Shown here piece after piece: positions 38,029 to 47,874 of a stretch of DNA of 64,000 nucleotides. The translations under genes were made by a program, and so were the position numbers. The stretch spans positions 314,709 to 378,708 of the forward strand of contig CP060229.1 in the NCBI GenBank assembly GCA_023898585.1. Direction: 5' to 3'. The notes beneath the pieces are model-generated. The model searched no databases and was not told the origin of the DNA. It worked only from the letters and a program-made list of their open reading frames with translations. The DNA comes from Candidatus Nomurabacteria bacterium. Lineage in GTDB: Bacteria; Patescibacteriota; Minisyncoccia; Phycocordibacterales; UBA918. Position 1 is the stretch's first letter. Each line of letters starts with the position of its first letter.

Positions 38029-39276
38029 ATGAATTTAGCACATGAATTGGAAGAGCGGGGTTTTATTCAACAATTTTCATCTGATTCGCTCGGTGAGATT
38101 GTGGATGGAGAAAGACGCACCATTTTTCAAGGGATAGATCCAAGTGCCGATTCGGCCCATGTTGGCAATTTAACGGTGTGGATGTTGTTGCGTCATTTGG
38201 GCAAAGCTGGTCATAAAATCATTTTTTTAATCGGTGGTGGTACGGGGATGATCGGCGATCCGAAACCGGACAAAGAAAGGCAACTAGAAGATGAAGCTTG
38301 TGTGAAGGAAAATGTGGTAAAAATAAAAAAACAAGCTGAGAATTTTTTTACCGATATCGAAATTGAGTTTGTTGATAACGCTGATTGGTTGAAGGATTTG
38401 AAACTGATTGATTTTCTCCGCGATACCGGCAAACATTTCACAGTAAACGAGCTGATTAAAAAAGAAGCTATAGCCAATCGCTTGCAAAGCGACACTGGAC
38501 TTTCTTACACAGAATTCGCTTATCCACTTTTGCAAGGATACGATTATTTAAAACTATTCCAAACCAGAAATTGTACTGTCCAGATCGGGGGCTCTGATCA
38601 GTGGGGGAATATTATCTCCGGAGTTGAGCTTATAAGAAGGAAAACACAAAACGAAGTGTTTGCTGTCACCGTGCCGTTGGTGGTTGATAAAACCACTGGT
38701 AAAAAGTTCGGTAAAAGCGAAGGTAACGCTATCTGGCTCGATAAAGAAAAAACTTCCCCTTATCAGTTTTATCAATTCTGGCTCAATGTCAGTGATGACA
38801 GTGTCGAAGAGCATCTAAAAAGATTCACTTTTTTACAATTGGAGCATATTGTCGAGGTGGTTCGTGAGCATGAAAAGAATCCAGGAAACCGTCTGGCGCA
38901 AAAAACACTCGCACTCAGAGTGACTGAATTGGTGCATGGCATAGAGTTGTCGAAAACAGCAGAAACTGTGTCCCAAGTTTTGTTCGAAGGAAGATCTTTA
39001 GGGACACTGTCTGACATTGAAAAAGAGATGTTTTTAAGCAACGCTCCGGTTTTAAAAACAAAAGAAGGGGAGGCACTCACTGATGTCTTAATTAGGTCGA
39101 ATCTGGCAACCAGCAAAAGAGAGGCGCGAACTTTTATTGAAAGTGGTGCGATAGCTCTGGGAGATGAGAGAATAAGCGCTGTCGACACTAATATCAGCGG
39201 TAAATATTTTGTAGAAGGTATAACTCTCTTAAGAAGAGGAAAGAAAAACCTCTGCCTGTTATCGCTCGACACTTGA
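38029..39276 (+). CDS. tyrS: Tyrosyl-tRNA synthetase
   Basis: HIGH-type AHVGN, KMSKS-type KFGKS, C-terminal S4 domain. Confidence 0.9.
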   Translation: MNLAHELEERGFIQQFSSDSLGEIVDGERRTIFQGIDPSADSAHVGNLTVWMLLRHLGKAGHKIIFLIGGGTGMIGDPKPDKERQLEDEACVKENVVKIKKQAENFFTDIEIEFVDNADWLKDLKLIDFLRDTGKHFTVNELIKKEAIANRLQSDTGLSYTEFAYPLLQGYDYLKLFQTRNCTVQIGGSDQWGNIISGVELIRRKTQNEVFAVTVPLVVDKTTGKKFGKSEGNAIWLDKEKTSPYQFYQFWLNVSDDSVEEHLKRFTFLQLEHIVEVVREHEKNPGNRLAQKTLALRVTELVHGIELSKTAETVSQVLFEGRSLGTLSDIEKEMFLSNAPVLKTKEGEALTDVLIRSNLATSKREARTFIESGAIALGDERISAVDTNISGKYFVEGITLLRRGKKNLCLLSLDT

Positions 39277-39304
39277 AATCACAATAAAATGCTCAAGGTG
39301 AGTT

Positions 39305-39338
39305 TAAAAAAGACCCCGAATTACAAGGGGTCTTTTTT
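39305..39338. terminator. Bidirectional terminator after tyrS, also downstream of the acidic ORF
   Basis: aaaaaagacccc-gaattacaa-ggggtctttttt. Confidence 0.6.
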
Positions 39339-39367
39339 CAAACAGGTCAAATTTTTTGTTGTGGTTT

Positions 39368-39646
39368 CTACATCTCATCTACATCATCGAAAGTGTCGTA
39401 TTCCACATCCTCCGCGTCGTCTTCCAATTCATCATCATCGTCCTCATCGTCCTCATCTTCGTCCTCCTCCTCCTCTTCTTTGACGTGTCCAAAACCTTCA
39501 TCCTCTTCTCCTTCCTCGTCTTCCTCATCATCAACGCCTGTAACTTCATCAAGCAGATCGTCATCAATAGAAGAATCTTCGTCATCAGTCTCTTCCGTTT
39601 CATCCTCCATTTCTTCTGCTTCTGTATCAAGATCAAGGTGAATCAT
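39368..39646 (-). CDS. Extremely acidic small protein (92 aa, ~60% Asp/Glu)
   Basis: ATG preceded by a purine-rich AAGAAAG; ORFs on the opposite strand and other frames are low-complexity mirrors. Confidence 0.4.
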   Translation of the reverse strand: MIHLDLDTEAEEMEDETEETDDEDSSIDDDLLDEVTGVDDEEDEEGEEDEGFGHVKEEEEEDEDEDDEDDDDELEDDAEDVEYDTFDDVDEM

Positions 39647-39722
39647 AAATAACTTTCTTATATTTATTTCGTATCAAAATAACTCATCTTTAATTTTTTT
39701 TCAATACTTATTGGGGGCTAGT

Positions 39723-40202
39723 TTACTTGGTTCGGCCGTAATGTGCAAGACAGGTTATTCCAATTGCAATCGCATCATATTCATCATCCAAAACCTTTTG
39801 AGGAGTGGAAGGTATGAGACGTTTTATCATGTCAAAAACAGCCGATTTGTCACTTTTACCATAACCAGTGACGGCGATTTTTACTTCCTGCGGACCAAAT
39901 TCGTAAACTAAACAACCGTGTGTTTGTGCCAGATAAATCAATATCCCTCGAGCTTCTGCTACACCAATTGCGGTTTTTTGGTTTTTGTTGAAAAAAATTG
40001 TCTCAATACCAAGGGCGTTTGGTTTGTAAAGGGTGAGTAGTTGTTTAAATTTGTTACCTAAAAACTCCAACCTCTCATTTAAACTTTGTCTTTTGTCGGT
40101 CTCAACGCAGGTTGAATAGACGAGTTCTTCCGATTCACCTTTTAATTCCATTACAGCTACTCCCATACGGTCGTATCCCGGATCCACACTGATGACTCTC
40201 AT
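39723..40202 (-). CDS. ruvC: Crossover junction endodeoxyribonuclease RuvC
   Basis: MRVISVDPGYDRMGVAV N-terminus with catalytic Asp; RNase H-like fold size. Confidence 0.85.
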   Translation of the reverse strand: MRVISVDPGYDRMGVAVMELKGESEELVYSTCVETDKRQSLNERLEFLGNKFKQLLTLYKPNALGIETIFFNKNQKTAIGVAEARGILIYLAQTHGCLVYEFGPQEVKIAVTGYGKSDKSAVFDMIKRLIPSTPQKVLDDEYDAIAIGITCLAHYGRTK

Positions 40203-40291
40203 AGTATATGGAGTATAGCGTGGGATGGTTAAAAAAGAAAAGTGTCAGGGTGGCCGAAGGCCACCCTGACACTTTTCTTTTTAACCCCTGT

Positions 40292-40831
40292 TTATTCAGG
40301 AGTGTCGGCCGTGGTGTAGATGTCTGTCACATCATCTTGATCTTCAAGTTTTTCGATGAATTCAGACAGTTTTTCACCGGTTTCCGCGTCAACTTCCATC
40401 GGGTTAGATGGAACATATCCCTCGTTTGTCTTAGTGAAAGCCCAAGAGGCTGATCCGGGCGTCCCCAATTCAAAACCGGCTTTAGAAAAAATATGTCGTA
40501 TTTCCGGCGTTGTTCGATTAGGATTGTCAGTAACTGTTTGTATTAAAAACGCAACACCACCCGGCCCATACCCTTCGTAAGTGATTTCCTCCAATGTGGA
40601 TCCGTCCGCGCCACTACCTTTAGCAAGAGCTCTCTCTATAACATCTTTCGGCATAGAGTCTTTTTTGGCTCTATCAATACAAGCTAGCACTGAAGCGGAA
40701 GAAGTGTTTCCACCGTTTTTCTTAACTTCCATGGTGATCAGAGCAGAGTGTTTAGAGAAAATCCGGCTCCTTTGCGCATCAGTTGCTCCTTTTTTGTGTT
40801 TGATTTTTGACCATTTATTGTGTCCTGACAT
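40292..40831 (-). CDS. yebC: YebC/PmpR-family transcriptional regulator (shortened, 179 aa)
   Basis: MSGHNKWSKIKHKKGATDAQRSRIFSK N-terminus is diagnostic; sits upstream of ruvC as in many bacteria. Confidence 0.8.
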   Translation of the reverse strand: MSGHNKWSKIKHKKGATDAQRSRIFSKHSALITMEVKKNGGNTSSASVLACIDRAKKDSMPKDVIERALAKGSGADGSTLEEITYEGYGPGGVAFLIQTVTDNPNRTTPEIRHIFSKAGFELGTPGSASWAFTKTNEGYVPSNPMEVDAETGEKLSEFIEKLEDQDDVTDIYTTADTPE

Positions 40832-41035
40832 GGTGTATAGAGTGTAACAAACTTTAAAGGAGCTAATATAGTTGACTTAGTATGTATATCATTGTTTATA
40901 TATGTTGCTCTAATTATCAACTAATCCGTCACAAAGTTTTGCTTGTGTATAACATTCTTTCCTTAGTGAAGTATACATATAATATAAGTATATTAACAAG
41001 GTAATCTCGCTACCAAAATTAACTCAATAATTATA

Positions 41036-44000
41036 ATGTATAAACTAAGTATTCTCTTATTGTTAACATGTAATTTGTTATCAGTCGCTCCGATTATTAC
41101 TAACGCTCAATCAGAATCCCTACCCTTACCCTGGGAATCAGAAAAAATATTCGAGAAGTTTCCAGATGCTCCGGAGTTTCTTAAGGACGTACACACAGAA
41201 GAGGATTTTCGTGCTCTTACCCCCGAACAACAGGAGCAAGTGCAAAAGCTTTACAACCCAGACACCCTTGTCGAGGCTGTGATTATGGCTACTGTAGGAT
41301 TACACAATATTTCGGTTGAAAATAAAAACGGAAACTCCTTTGATATTCGTTTTGACGTAGCAAATAAAGTGGGGGCGCAGACAAACATCAAGTATATGGT
41401 AATTCTTGAAGAAGTTACAGAATCGGGTTTTATTCAAAGAGAGTCAGTACCTTTCTATGAGGTGATAAGTGTGGCAGAAGAAGAAACAATAACCAATGTT
41501 ATTTCCTATACGGCTTCAGAATACTTAGCGGGGGAATATAAGGTCAGGGTCATGCTTCAGAATGATAGCGGTCTTATCTTGGGACTTGGCTCTGCTCCAG
41601 AAACAATTCACTTAGACGGTACGGGAGAATACATCCAACTTGATACAAATAACTGTTACCTCACCATACCCGGAGATTTTACAGGTAGCAACGAGACCTA
41701 TTTCTTGATGGAGGGGGTTGATATAAAATCTTTCAGTGAATCATTAAAGGTCACCTGTACAGTAACTAGCACTTATTTGGAGGAGGTAACTGTATATCCC
41801 AAAATGGCAGTATACGAGCGTAATATTATGGGCGATCAAGTAATTGCACCAAATATTTTCAAAGAACAAACTTTCGTTCTTGAGCCGGGTGAAAATACTA
41901 TCACCACTCCCGTTGCCCTTGGTTACACCCCTCAAGCGTATGACACAACATTAACCCTTGTTAATGAAGTTGGTACCGCTGTCTCTCAGTCATTACCAAT
42001 CCACTATGTGATACGAGGAGAGAGCGCCACTATACAAAACATTGTTTTAGACAAAGACACTTATAAGAAGGGTGATACGGCAAAAGTCACGGTGACTTGG
42101 AGTGGCAGAGCAGACGCCTTCCCTGGAGCGAGATACGGTAATGAAGCTTCTGCCGGCAGTCTGGGTTATAGATTGGCTCTAACCAATGCGGGTGGGGAGA
42201 CTTGTGCTGATGAACATACTGCCGAACTGAGTTCCGACAAGGTTCAGTTTATGGCTGAAATACCAGTGACTTCCAGTTGTATGGATCCGGTTGTGATCAT
42301 GTCTCTGAGTGATGGAATGAAAGAACTTGACCGAAAACAATATGAGATCGAATCAAAAGGAGAACCTAAAGTATTCTGGACCAAATTTAGCAACATAGAT
42401 TACACGAGTGACTCAAATCCATTTATTAATATCCTTGTACAACTTATCCTTACCGCTAGTGTCGTTTTGCTTCTCGGAGCGGGAGTGTTATATGTCGTTC
42501 GAAAAATAAATGATCAAAAAAATTCCGAGTCTGATGACGAGGAAGAAAACGATGATGACACTACTACAACTAAAAACAATAAAAAATCATCCACCACAAT
42601 CTCCAGTTGGGCAATCATTACTACATTAGTCGGATTTGGAGCTTTGTTTGCTCCAGCCACATCAGTGGAAGCTTTGACGTTCAGCTCTGGTGGGTTTGGT
42701 TCGGTTACTTTCACTGTTAACGGTGTTAAGTCAGAGTATAGTCCTGGTGAAACTATAACTGTAGAAGGGACAGGAAAGATGAATCATTGTGGAAACTGGG
42801 GAGGAGTCTTTAAATTTGACATGGATGCAATGAACAACAACGAGGAACCTTATCAAGAATTGTTTTCTAATGTTTTTTGGATATATGAAATTGATAATGG
42901 TAGTGGCCAAGTTCAATTCACAGCTCCTACTACGCCAGGTGACTACGAGATAAAAATTAAAGCTGGATACAGTGAGATGGGTATTGCGCCCTCATTTAAC
43001 ATTAAGACTATGTCGTTTGAGGACCCGGGTTGGCAGTATATTAAAATTCCTATTCCTTACAAAGTCGTTACCGCCTCACCAAATGACGGAGCGTGTGGGC
43101 TTGCTAATATAAAAAATTATAATACTTGGCCTTTTTCAGTTGCATTAATTGAAGGTGAAGCTTGTTCTTTTGGTAATATGAATCCAGTACCGGCAGTTGA
43201 AGTGGGGGACGAGTTCGTTTGGGACTGCGAAGGAATAAGTGGTGGAGCTTCTGCGAGCTGTGACGCTGGGGTAATATCAGGTGGTATTTGCGGACCAGCT
43301 GATACCCAATCTTATACCGCAAGCAACCCACCAGACTCTTCTTCTTTGTGTGCAAGAGGAGCTAGCAGGGATTTTACAATATCCGGGAGTAAGTTCACTT
43401 GGTATTGTGACGCTATAAACGGGGGAATACCTGACAGATTTTGTGATGCCGACATAGTAGCAGCCGCCGCAACTGCACCTTCAGGCAACATTACCTTCTC
43501 ACCAAACCCTTGTATAATTGCAGTTGGTCAAAGTAACTGTTCTCTCAATGTTGATTGGACCACCAGTAACTTTGTCGGCACTCCTTCTATGATACAAGGA
43601 ACTGGTGCTCCTTTCAGCTCAAGTCACAGTGGTCCAGCATCTCGCACAGTTACACCAGACGACCGGGCGTTTACTCTTAAAGATGGCACGAATGACATTG
43701 TTACAAAAAGTGCAAACGTAGAATGTGCCACAGACAGCACTTGGGCAAAAAACATATCGACCGGAGTTAGCAGTTGTGTGAATGACCCTGAAATCATTAT
43801 AGAAGCCAACCCGGGTACTATCCGTATTGGGGAAACGGCTGATATATCTATTGACATAAAAGCTTCCGTGCCTGTGACTTGTGAATTGATCAATGCAAAT
43901 GACACTCCGGATATTATCAATTATGCGACCGGAGGAGACACCACAGTATTGGGCACGCTTAAAGAAGTGAAAATAACCACCAAAAATCTCAGTTCCGCCC

Positions 44001-44098
44001 AAATAATCCGCACCACCTGCTCAATGCCTACTTTAGATGTCCCGCCAACTGTTACAGATACCAGAATCGAAGTGGTTCCTGTTCCGCGAGAAGTTTAG
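41036..44098 (+). CDS. Large surface/secreted protein (1020 aa): signal peptide, central TM helix (~aa 470), C-terminal half with repeated Cys modules
   Basis: Repeated xFxWxCxxIxGGxxxxCDA modules (EFVWDCEGISGGASASCDA / KFTWYCDAINGGIPDRFCDA). Confidence 0.5.
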   Translation: MYKLSILLLLTCNLLSVAPIITNAQSESLPLPWESEKIFEKFPDAPEFLKDVHTEEDFRALTPEQQEQVQKLYNPDTLVEAVIMATVGLHNISVENKNGNSFDIRFDVANKVGAQTNIKYMVILEEVTESGFIQRESVPFYEVISVAEEETITNVISYTASEYLAGEYKVRVMLQNDSGLILGLGSAPETIHLDGTGEYIQLDTNNCYLTIPGDFTGSNETYFLMEGVDIKSFSESLKVTCTVTSTYLEEVTVYPKMAVYERNIMGDQVIAPNIFKEQTFVLEPGENTITTPVALGYTPQAYDTTLTLVNEVGTAVSQSLPIHYVIRGESATIQNIVLDKDTYKKGDTAKVTVTWSGRADAFPGARYGNEASAGSLGYRLALTNAGGETCADEHTAELSSDKVQFMAEIPVTSSCMDPVVIMSLSDGMKELDRKQYEIESKGEPKVFWTKFSNIDYTSDSNPFINILVQLILTASVVLLLGAGVLYVVRKINDQKNSESDDEEENDDDTTTTKNNKKSSTTISSWAIITTLVGFGALFAPATSVEALTFSSGGFGSVTFTVNGVKSEYSPGETITVEGTGKMNHCGNWGGVFKFDMDAMNNNEEPYQELFSNVFWIYEIDNGSGQVQFTAPTTPGDYEIKIKAGYSEMGIAPSFNIKTMSFEDPGWQYIKIPIPYKVVTASPNDGACGLANIKNYNTWPFSVALIEGEACSFGNMNPVPAVEVGDEFVWDCEGISGGASASCDAGVISGGICGPADTQSYTASNPPDSSSLCARGASRDFTISGSKFTWYCDAINGGIPDRFCDADIVAAAATAPSGNITFSPNPCIIAVGQSNCSLNVDWTTSNFVGTPSMIQGTGAPFSSSHSGPASRTVTPDDRAFTLKDGTNDIVTKSANVECATDSTWAKNISTGVSSCVNDPEIIIEANPGTIRIGETADISIDIKASVPVTCELINANDTPDIINYATGGDTTVLGTLKEVKITTKNLSSAQIIRTTCSMPTLDVPPTVTDTRIEVVPVPREV

Positions 44099-44104
44099 GT
44101 CGCG

Positions 44105-44165
44105 AAGTTGTTGTCTCAAATTTTGCAAACCTTTGGGGCTCGGAGGGTTTTTGGACATGCTCTAG
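44105..44165. repeat. Copy B of the ~60-nt dispersed intergenic repeat (inverted relative to copy A)
   Basis: 52/54 identical to the reverse complement of 2747-2800; lies just after the stop of the large surface protein gene. Confidence 0.6.
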
Positions 44166-44194
44166 GATTTGGGAAGAAAAAAAATGTGGACTGC

Positions 44195-45187
44195 TCAAAT
44201 TTTACTTATGTGAGCATGAGCCTCCAAGCTGGCCATCCGTCCGCGGGGGGTTCTTTCCAGTAGGCCGTGTCTTATTAAGTACGGCTCAATAACGTCTTCA
44301 ATGGTGGAAGATTCCTCTCCCGTCGCGGCGGCGATGGTGTTTAGGCCGACCGGGCCACCCTTAAATTTATAAATAATCGCTTCCAATACGGCGCGGTCGG
44401 GTTGTCCGAGGCCGAGATCGTCTATTTCCAATAACTCAAAGGTTTTTTCCACAATTTCTTCATTGAGCTCACCTCCTTTAAGTTGAGCCAAATCGCGACA
44501 GCGCTTTAAAAGGTAATTAGCAGTGCGCGGGGTGGAGCGACAACGCTTGGATATTTGAGACAACAAACTGTCTGTCGTTTTGACGCCAAGAAGCCCGGCG
44601 GAACGTTTTAAAATGGTGGCTATTTCTTCATCGGCGTAGAACTCCAATCGGAAAGTTCCACCGGAAAAACGCGAGCGAAGCGGGGAGGATAAGAGAGAAA
44701 TGCGCGTGGTCGCAGCCACCATGGTGAAGGGGGGCAATTCGAGCTGGACGGTGCGCGCGGATGGGCCTTTGCCAATGATAATATCCAACACCCCGGATTC
44801 CATAGCCGGATACAAAACCTCCTCTATGCTTTTTGAAAGTCGGTGAATTTCGTCGATAAAAAGTACGTCCCCGGGAGATAGGTTAGTAAGAATAGCGGCC
44901 AGATCGCCAACTCGCTCAATAGCCGGTCCGGAAGTTGTCTTCATGTTGGTGCCGAGGGTTTTTGAAACCAAATTAGCCAAAGTGGTTTTGCCAAGCCCGG
45001 GCGGGCCGTAGAGTAGTACGTGTTCAGCTGCGTGACCTCGCTCCTTGGCGGCTGTTAAAAGAATTTTTAAATTCTCTTTTATTTTTGTTTGACCGATATA
45101 TTCTTCCCAGGTTTGCGGTCTTAGTGTGCGGTCGAGCCCGCTCCCATCATCACGAGTGATTTCTTTCTCTGTATTATTGTCTGACAT
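44195..45187 (-). CDS. ruvB: Holliday junction branch migration ATPase RuvB
   Basis: Walker A LLYGPPGLGKTTLA, sensor and winged-helix C-terminus, 330 aa. Confidence 0.95.
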   Translation of the reverse strand: MSDNNTEKEITRDDGSGLDRTLRPQTWEEYIGQTKIKENLKILLTAAKERGHAAEHVLLYGPPGLGKTTLANLVSKTLGTNMKTTSGPAIERVGDLAAILTNLSPGDVLFIDEIHRLSKSIEEVLYPAMESGVLDIIIGKGPSARTVQLELPPFTMVAATTRISLLSSPLRSRFSGGTFRLEFYADEEIATILKRSAGLLGVKTTDSLLSQISKRCRSTPRTANYLLKRCRDLAQLKGGELNEEIVEKTFELLEIDDLGLGQPDRAVLEAIIYKFKGGPVGLNTIAAATGEESSTIEDVIEPYLIRHGLLERTPRGRMASLEAHAHISKI

Positions 45188-45383
45188 GATTCAGTCATTA
45201 TAAAGCAAAAAACAGATTATTCGAGCCAATTGAAGTCTTCCTATAGTTTGCGGAATCTTTTTTAAAGAAGGGTAAATAGAGAGCCAGGATAATTGCAAAT
45301 GCCGGTTTTTGGTGTAAGGTTCAATCAGATTGAGTCTCGAAGGAGGCTTTTGTTTTTTACATTAATTATATTGAGGTACAAAC

Positions 45384-47462
45384 ATGAACATGCCTGAAGG
45401 ATTAAAAACAGAGTTGTTAAAACAAGTTTGTAAAAAACCTGCCGTTGATAAATTCTTACAATCTCTAGGTAAAACCACGTTACTACTCAAAGACCGTTAT
45501 AAGGAGTGTGTCGGTTCTGACCCGCTCCTTGCTACAGGTTGTGAATATGTCTACCAACAGTGGTTACAGAACCAATCGGTTTCGGTAGTCAATTCGCACA
45601 GAAGCGGATTGGAGCCCAACTTTAAATTTTATGAAGAACATCTTCTCTACAAGATTGCTCTTTCAGTATTTTTGGCAACAGATGGACAAATCGTTGTCGA
45701 GGAAGGTGACGTTGATTTGGCAATTTCATATTGGAGATTAAGTGAAGAGAGTTCACCCAACCGTTCTTTTGTTGCTAAACAACTACCAGCCATAGCAGAA
45801 AAAACCTATACTCATGAACACGTGTGTTATGACTCTCGAAACATTCCAGTTGAACTGGACGAGTGGCAAAAGGATCACAACCAGAAACTGTTTGAAGAGG
45901 CTTGTGAACATTGTGTAAAAAATGATTCGTTACCCGCCAGTAGCTTAAGAAAATATTGGGTAAGAGTGTATAAAAATTGTTGGGCAAAAGAGCCAAATAT
46001 CAAACAATATCTTTTGCAAAGATGGTGTGAAGTCGTCTCATCGCAACCGCTACCCGATATGCAAAAACTACTGGTAAATTCACGAAATTTTAAGGAGAGA
46101 GGGCGCATAGCCTCCGGGCTCTTACTGCCTGATCTTGAGAGAATTGTGCATGATCGCTTAGTTAGGATGGAAGAGGAAAGCCGGTCGCGACTGGAAAGTG
46201 CGGCCAATGTCAAGGACTTAAAAGAGCTTCTGGAAAATGGTTTTTCCGATTGGGAAAGAAACGAAAGTTTTGACAACGCTTTAAAAAAGGTCTTGGAGAA
46301 TACCAAAGTGAGCGAAACCGAAGAAGTGGTTTCTCTTTTGGGCAATCTCTGTCAAGCTGATCGTTTGTCTGATAAAACCATTACCACGTTTAATGATTGG
46401 TTCGTTAAAACAGTCAATCAGGAATCGGTCGATATTCTAGTCAACGCTTTGTTTTCGAGAGAGTGTCGCGAGGCTAGAGACGTACTAGCTCCTGCGATTG
46501 TTGGTCTGTTTCAATGGAAAGTCCGAACCTTGCCAAGACGTTTGCTTGAGGATTTGGGAAGTTCGATGGGTTATGCCGATGAAGCTGCTAAGCTTGCTTC
46601 TTCCGAATTGCGACGGAGGAGTCTGTCTTACGTACAAACCATGAAGCTGGAGACAGCCGTTGCTCGTTGTAGGCTTTGTCGATCGGCGGAGGAGAATGAT
46701 CCATTTTGTCTTGCCTTGAAAGCACGGATTGACAAACTCCTGTCACAAGCCGAAAGTCCTGAGTTGTTGGAGCTTGTTAGAAAAAATAATCTGGAGCGTG
46801 CCTATCAGTTAAGACAGTCTTGCTCAATGGGAATGGATTATCCATGGTCGCAAATATTTGAAAGGATAGATGAACTACGACTGGCTCGGCTAAACAAGGA
46901 TGATTTGACTGAAGTGTTGAATAACTGTAGTACTCTCCACAGTGTTGAGGCGAGAGCGCAGTGTATGAGTATCTTTCTTAAAGGTGTCAAAAAGGAGGAA
47001 GACATCATCAAGCTTTGTGGGTATCAGACTGAAATACTGGTTTCTCGGTATAGAGATGTGGAGGAATTCACGAGACACATAATGGATGTGGTTGAAGCGA
47101 TAACTTCAAAACGTACTTTAACTGAAGAGGAAGTGTGTCAGATGGCGTCCGTACCTTCTGTGCGGTTGAGTCCAGGAGTGTTTGAGGTTTTTCACTCAGC
47201 AATATCAGCCTCGTTACCTCTGTTTCCGTTTCCCGCTTTGTGTCGGATAGAAAAACAACTTTCTTCTGAGTGGTCGTGGACGGTTGTTGCTTCAGAGTTG
47301 AGTAAACGAAAAAGAGACTTGCTCCCGGCTGAGATCGCACGAGTGTATGAAAGAGAAGAGGACGATGTCAAAATCGCCAAAGAACTCCTTGTTTTGTACG
47401 GGGACATGACCTCTGTTTCAGAGCAAGATTTCTTCCTCGAAACGTTAGGTTCGTTAAGGTAG
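45384..47462 (+). CDS. Hypothetical cytoplasmic alpha-helical protein (692 aa, 25 Cys, no TM)
   Basis: ORF only; codon and amino-acid usage visibly differ from neighbouring genes (Leu/Arg/Cys/Glu-rich). Confidence 0.45.
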   Translation: MNMPEGLKTELLKQVCKKPAVDKFLQSLGKTTLLLKDRYKECVGSDPLLATGCEYVYQQWLQNQSVSVVNSHRSGLEPNFKFYEEHLLYKIALSVFLATDGQIVVEEGDVDLAISYWRLSEESSPNRSFVAKQLPAIAEKTYTHEHVCYDSRNIPVELDEWQKDHNQKLFEEACEHCVKNDSLPASSLRKYWVRVYKNCWAKEPNIKQYLLQRWCEVVSSQPLPDMQKLLVNSRNFKERGRIASGLLLPDLERIVHDRLVRMEEESRSRLESAANVKDLKELLENGFSDWERNESFDNALKKVLENTKVSETEEVVSLLGNLCQADRLSDKTITTFNDWFVKTVNQESVDILVNALFSRECREARDVLAPAIVGLFQWKVRTLPRRLLEDLGSSMGYADEAAKLASSELRRRSLSYVQTMKLETAVARCRLCRSAEENDPFCLALKARIDKLLSQAESPELLELVRKNNLERAYQLRQSCSMGMDYPWSQIFERIDELRLARLNKDDLTEVLNNCSTLHSVEARAQCMSIFLKGVKKEEDIIKLCGYQTEILVSRYRDVEEFTRHIMDVVEAITSKRTLTEEEVCQMASVPSVRLSPGVFEVFHSAISASLPLFPFPALCRIEKQLSSEWSWTVVASELSKRKRDLLPAEIARVYEREEDDVKIAKELLVLYGDMTSVSEQDFFLETLGSLR

Positions 47463-47482
47463 AGTTCTTATTTTTACCAACA

Positions 47483-47509
47483 CCGGCAGGAATTTCCTGC
47501 CGGTTTTTT
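47483..47509 (+). terminator. Intrinsic terminator
   Basis: ccggcagga-att-tcctgccgg followed by TTTTTT. Confidence 0.6.
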
Positions 47510-47874
47510 ATGAGTAAACATTAAGCAAGCAACTTATGTTGAAAAACAAGGGCTTTTTCGGGTTGACAAAAATGTAATGTATGCTAGTATTACTGGCGAT
47601 TGGTTGTTCTCGAGCGCACAAAAATCGTGCGTGTTTATTTTTGAAAAATTCCAGACGATAACTCTCTAAGCAACTTGGGTACGTTGCGAGGGGTTTTTGG
47701 CGCTCACCTTGAGTGAGGGTGCTGCAAACTTCCTTAGCGCGGTATTCACTTTCAATGCGGAAGCTTTGCTTAGAGAGTTATATTCTGGAAGGAACTTCTA
47801 ACAAACTGACAGTATCATAATTTCTGAAAAAAACAGTATTGACCTCTGTTCATTTCGCTCATGCAATCAATTGT

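Noticed and set aside
39393-39641. Poly-Ser ORF on the + strand, plus other overlapping ORFs at 39356-39652
   Set aside because: They are mirror-frame or low-complexity readings of the same GAx/GAy repeat that encodes the acidic ORF on the - strand. Only the - strand ORF has a plausible purine-rich RBS and a terminator context.
47690-47760. SRP RNA (4.5S), suggested by a GGUGCUG ... CUUCC segment
   Set aside because: The conserved domain-IV pattern (symmetric loops flanked by GGAA/AGCAGC-type sequence) is not present. The resemblance is limited to a heptamer.
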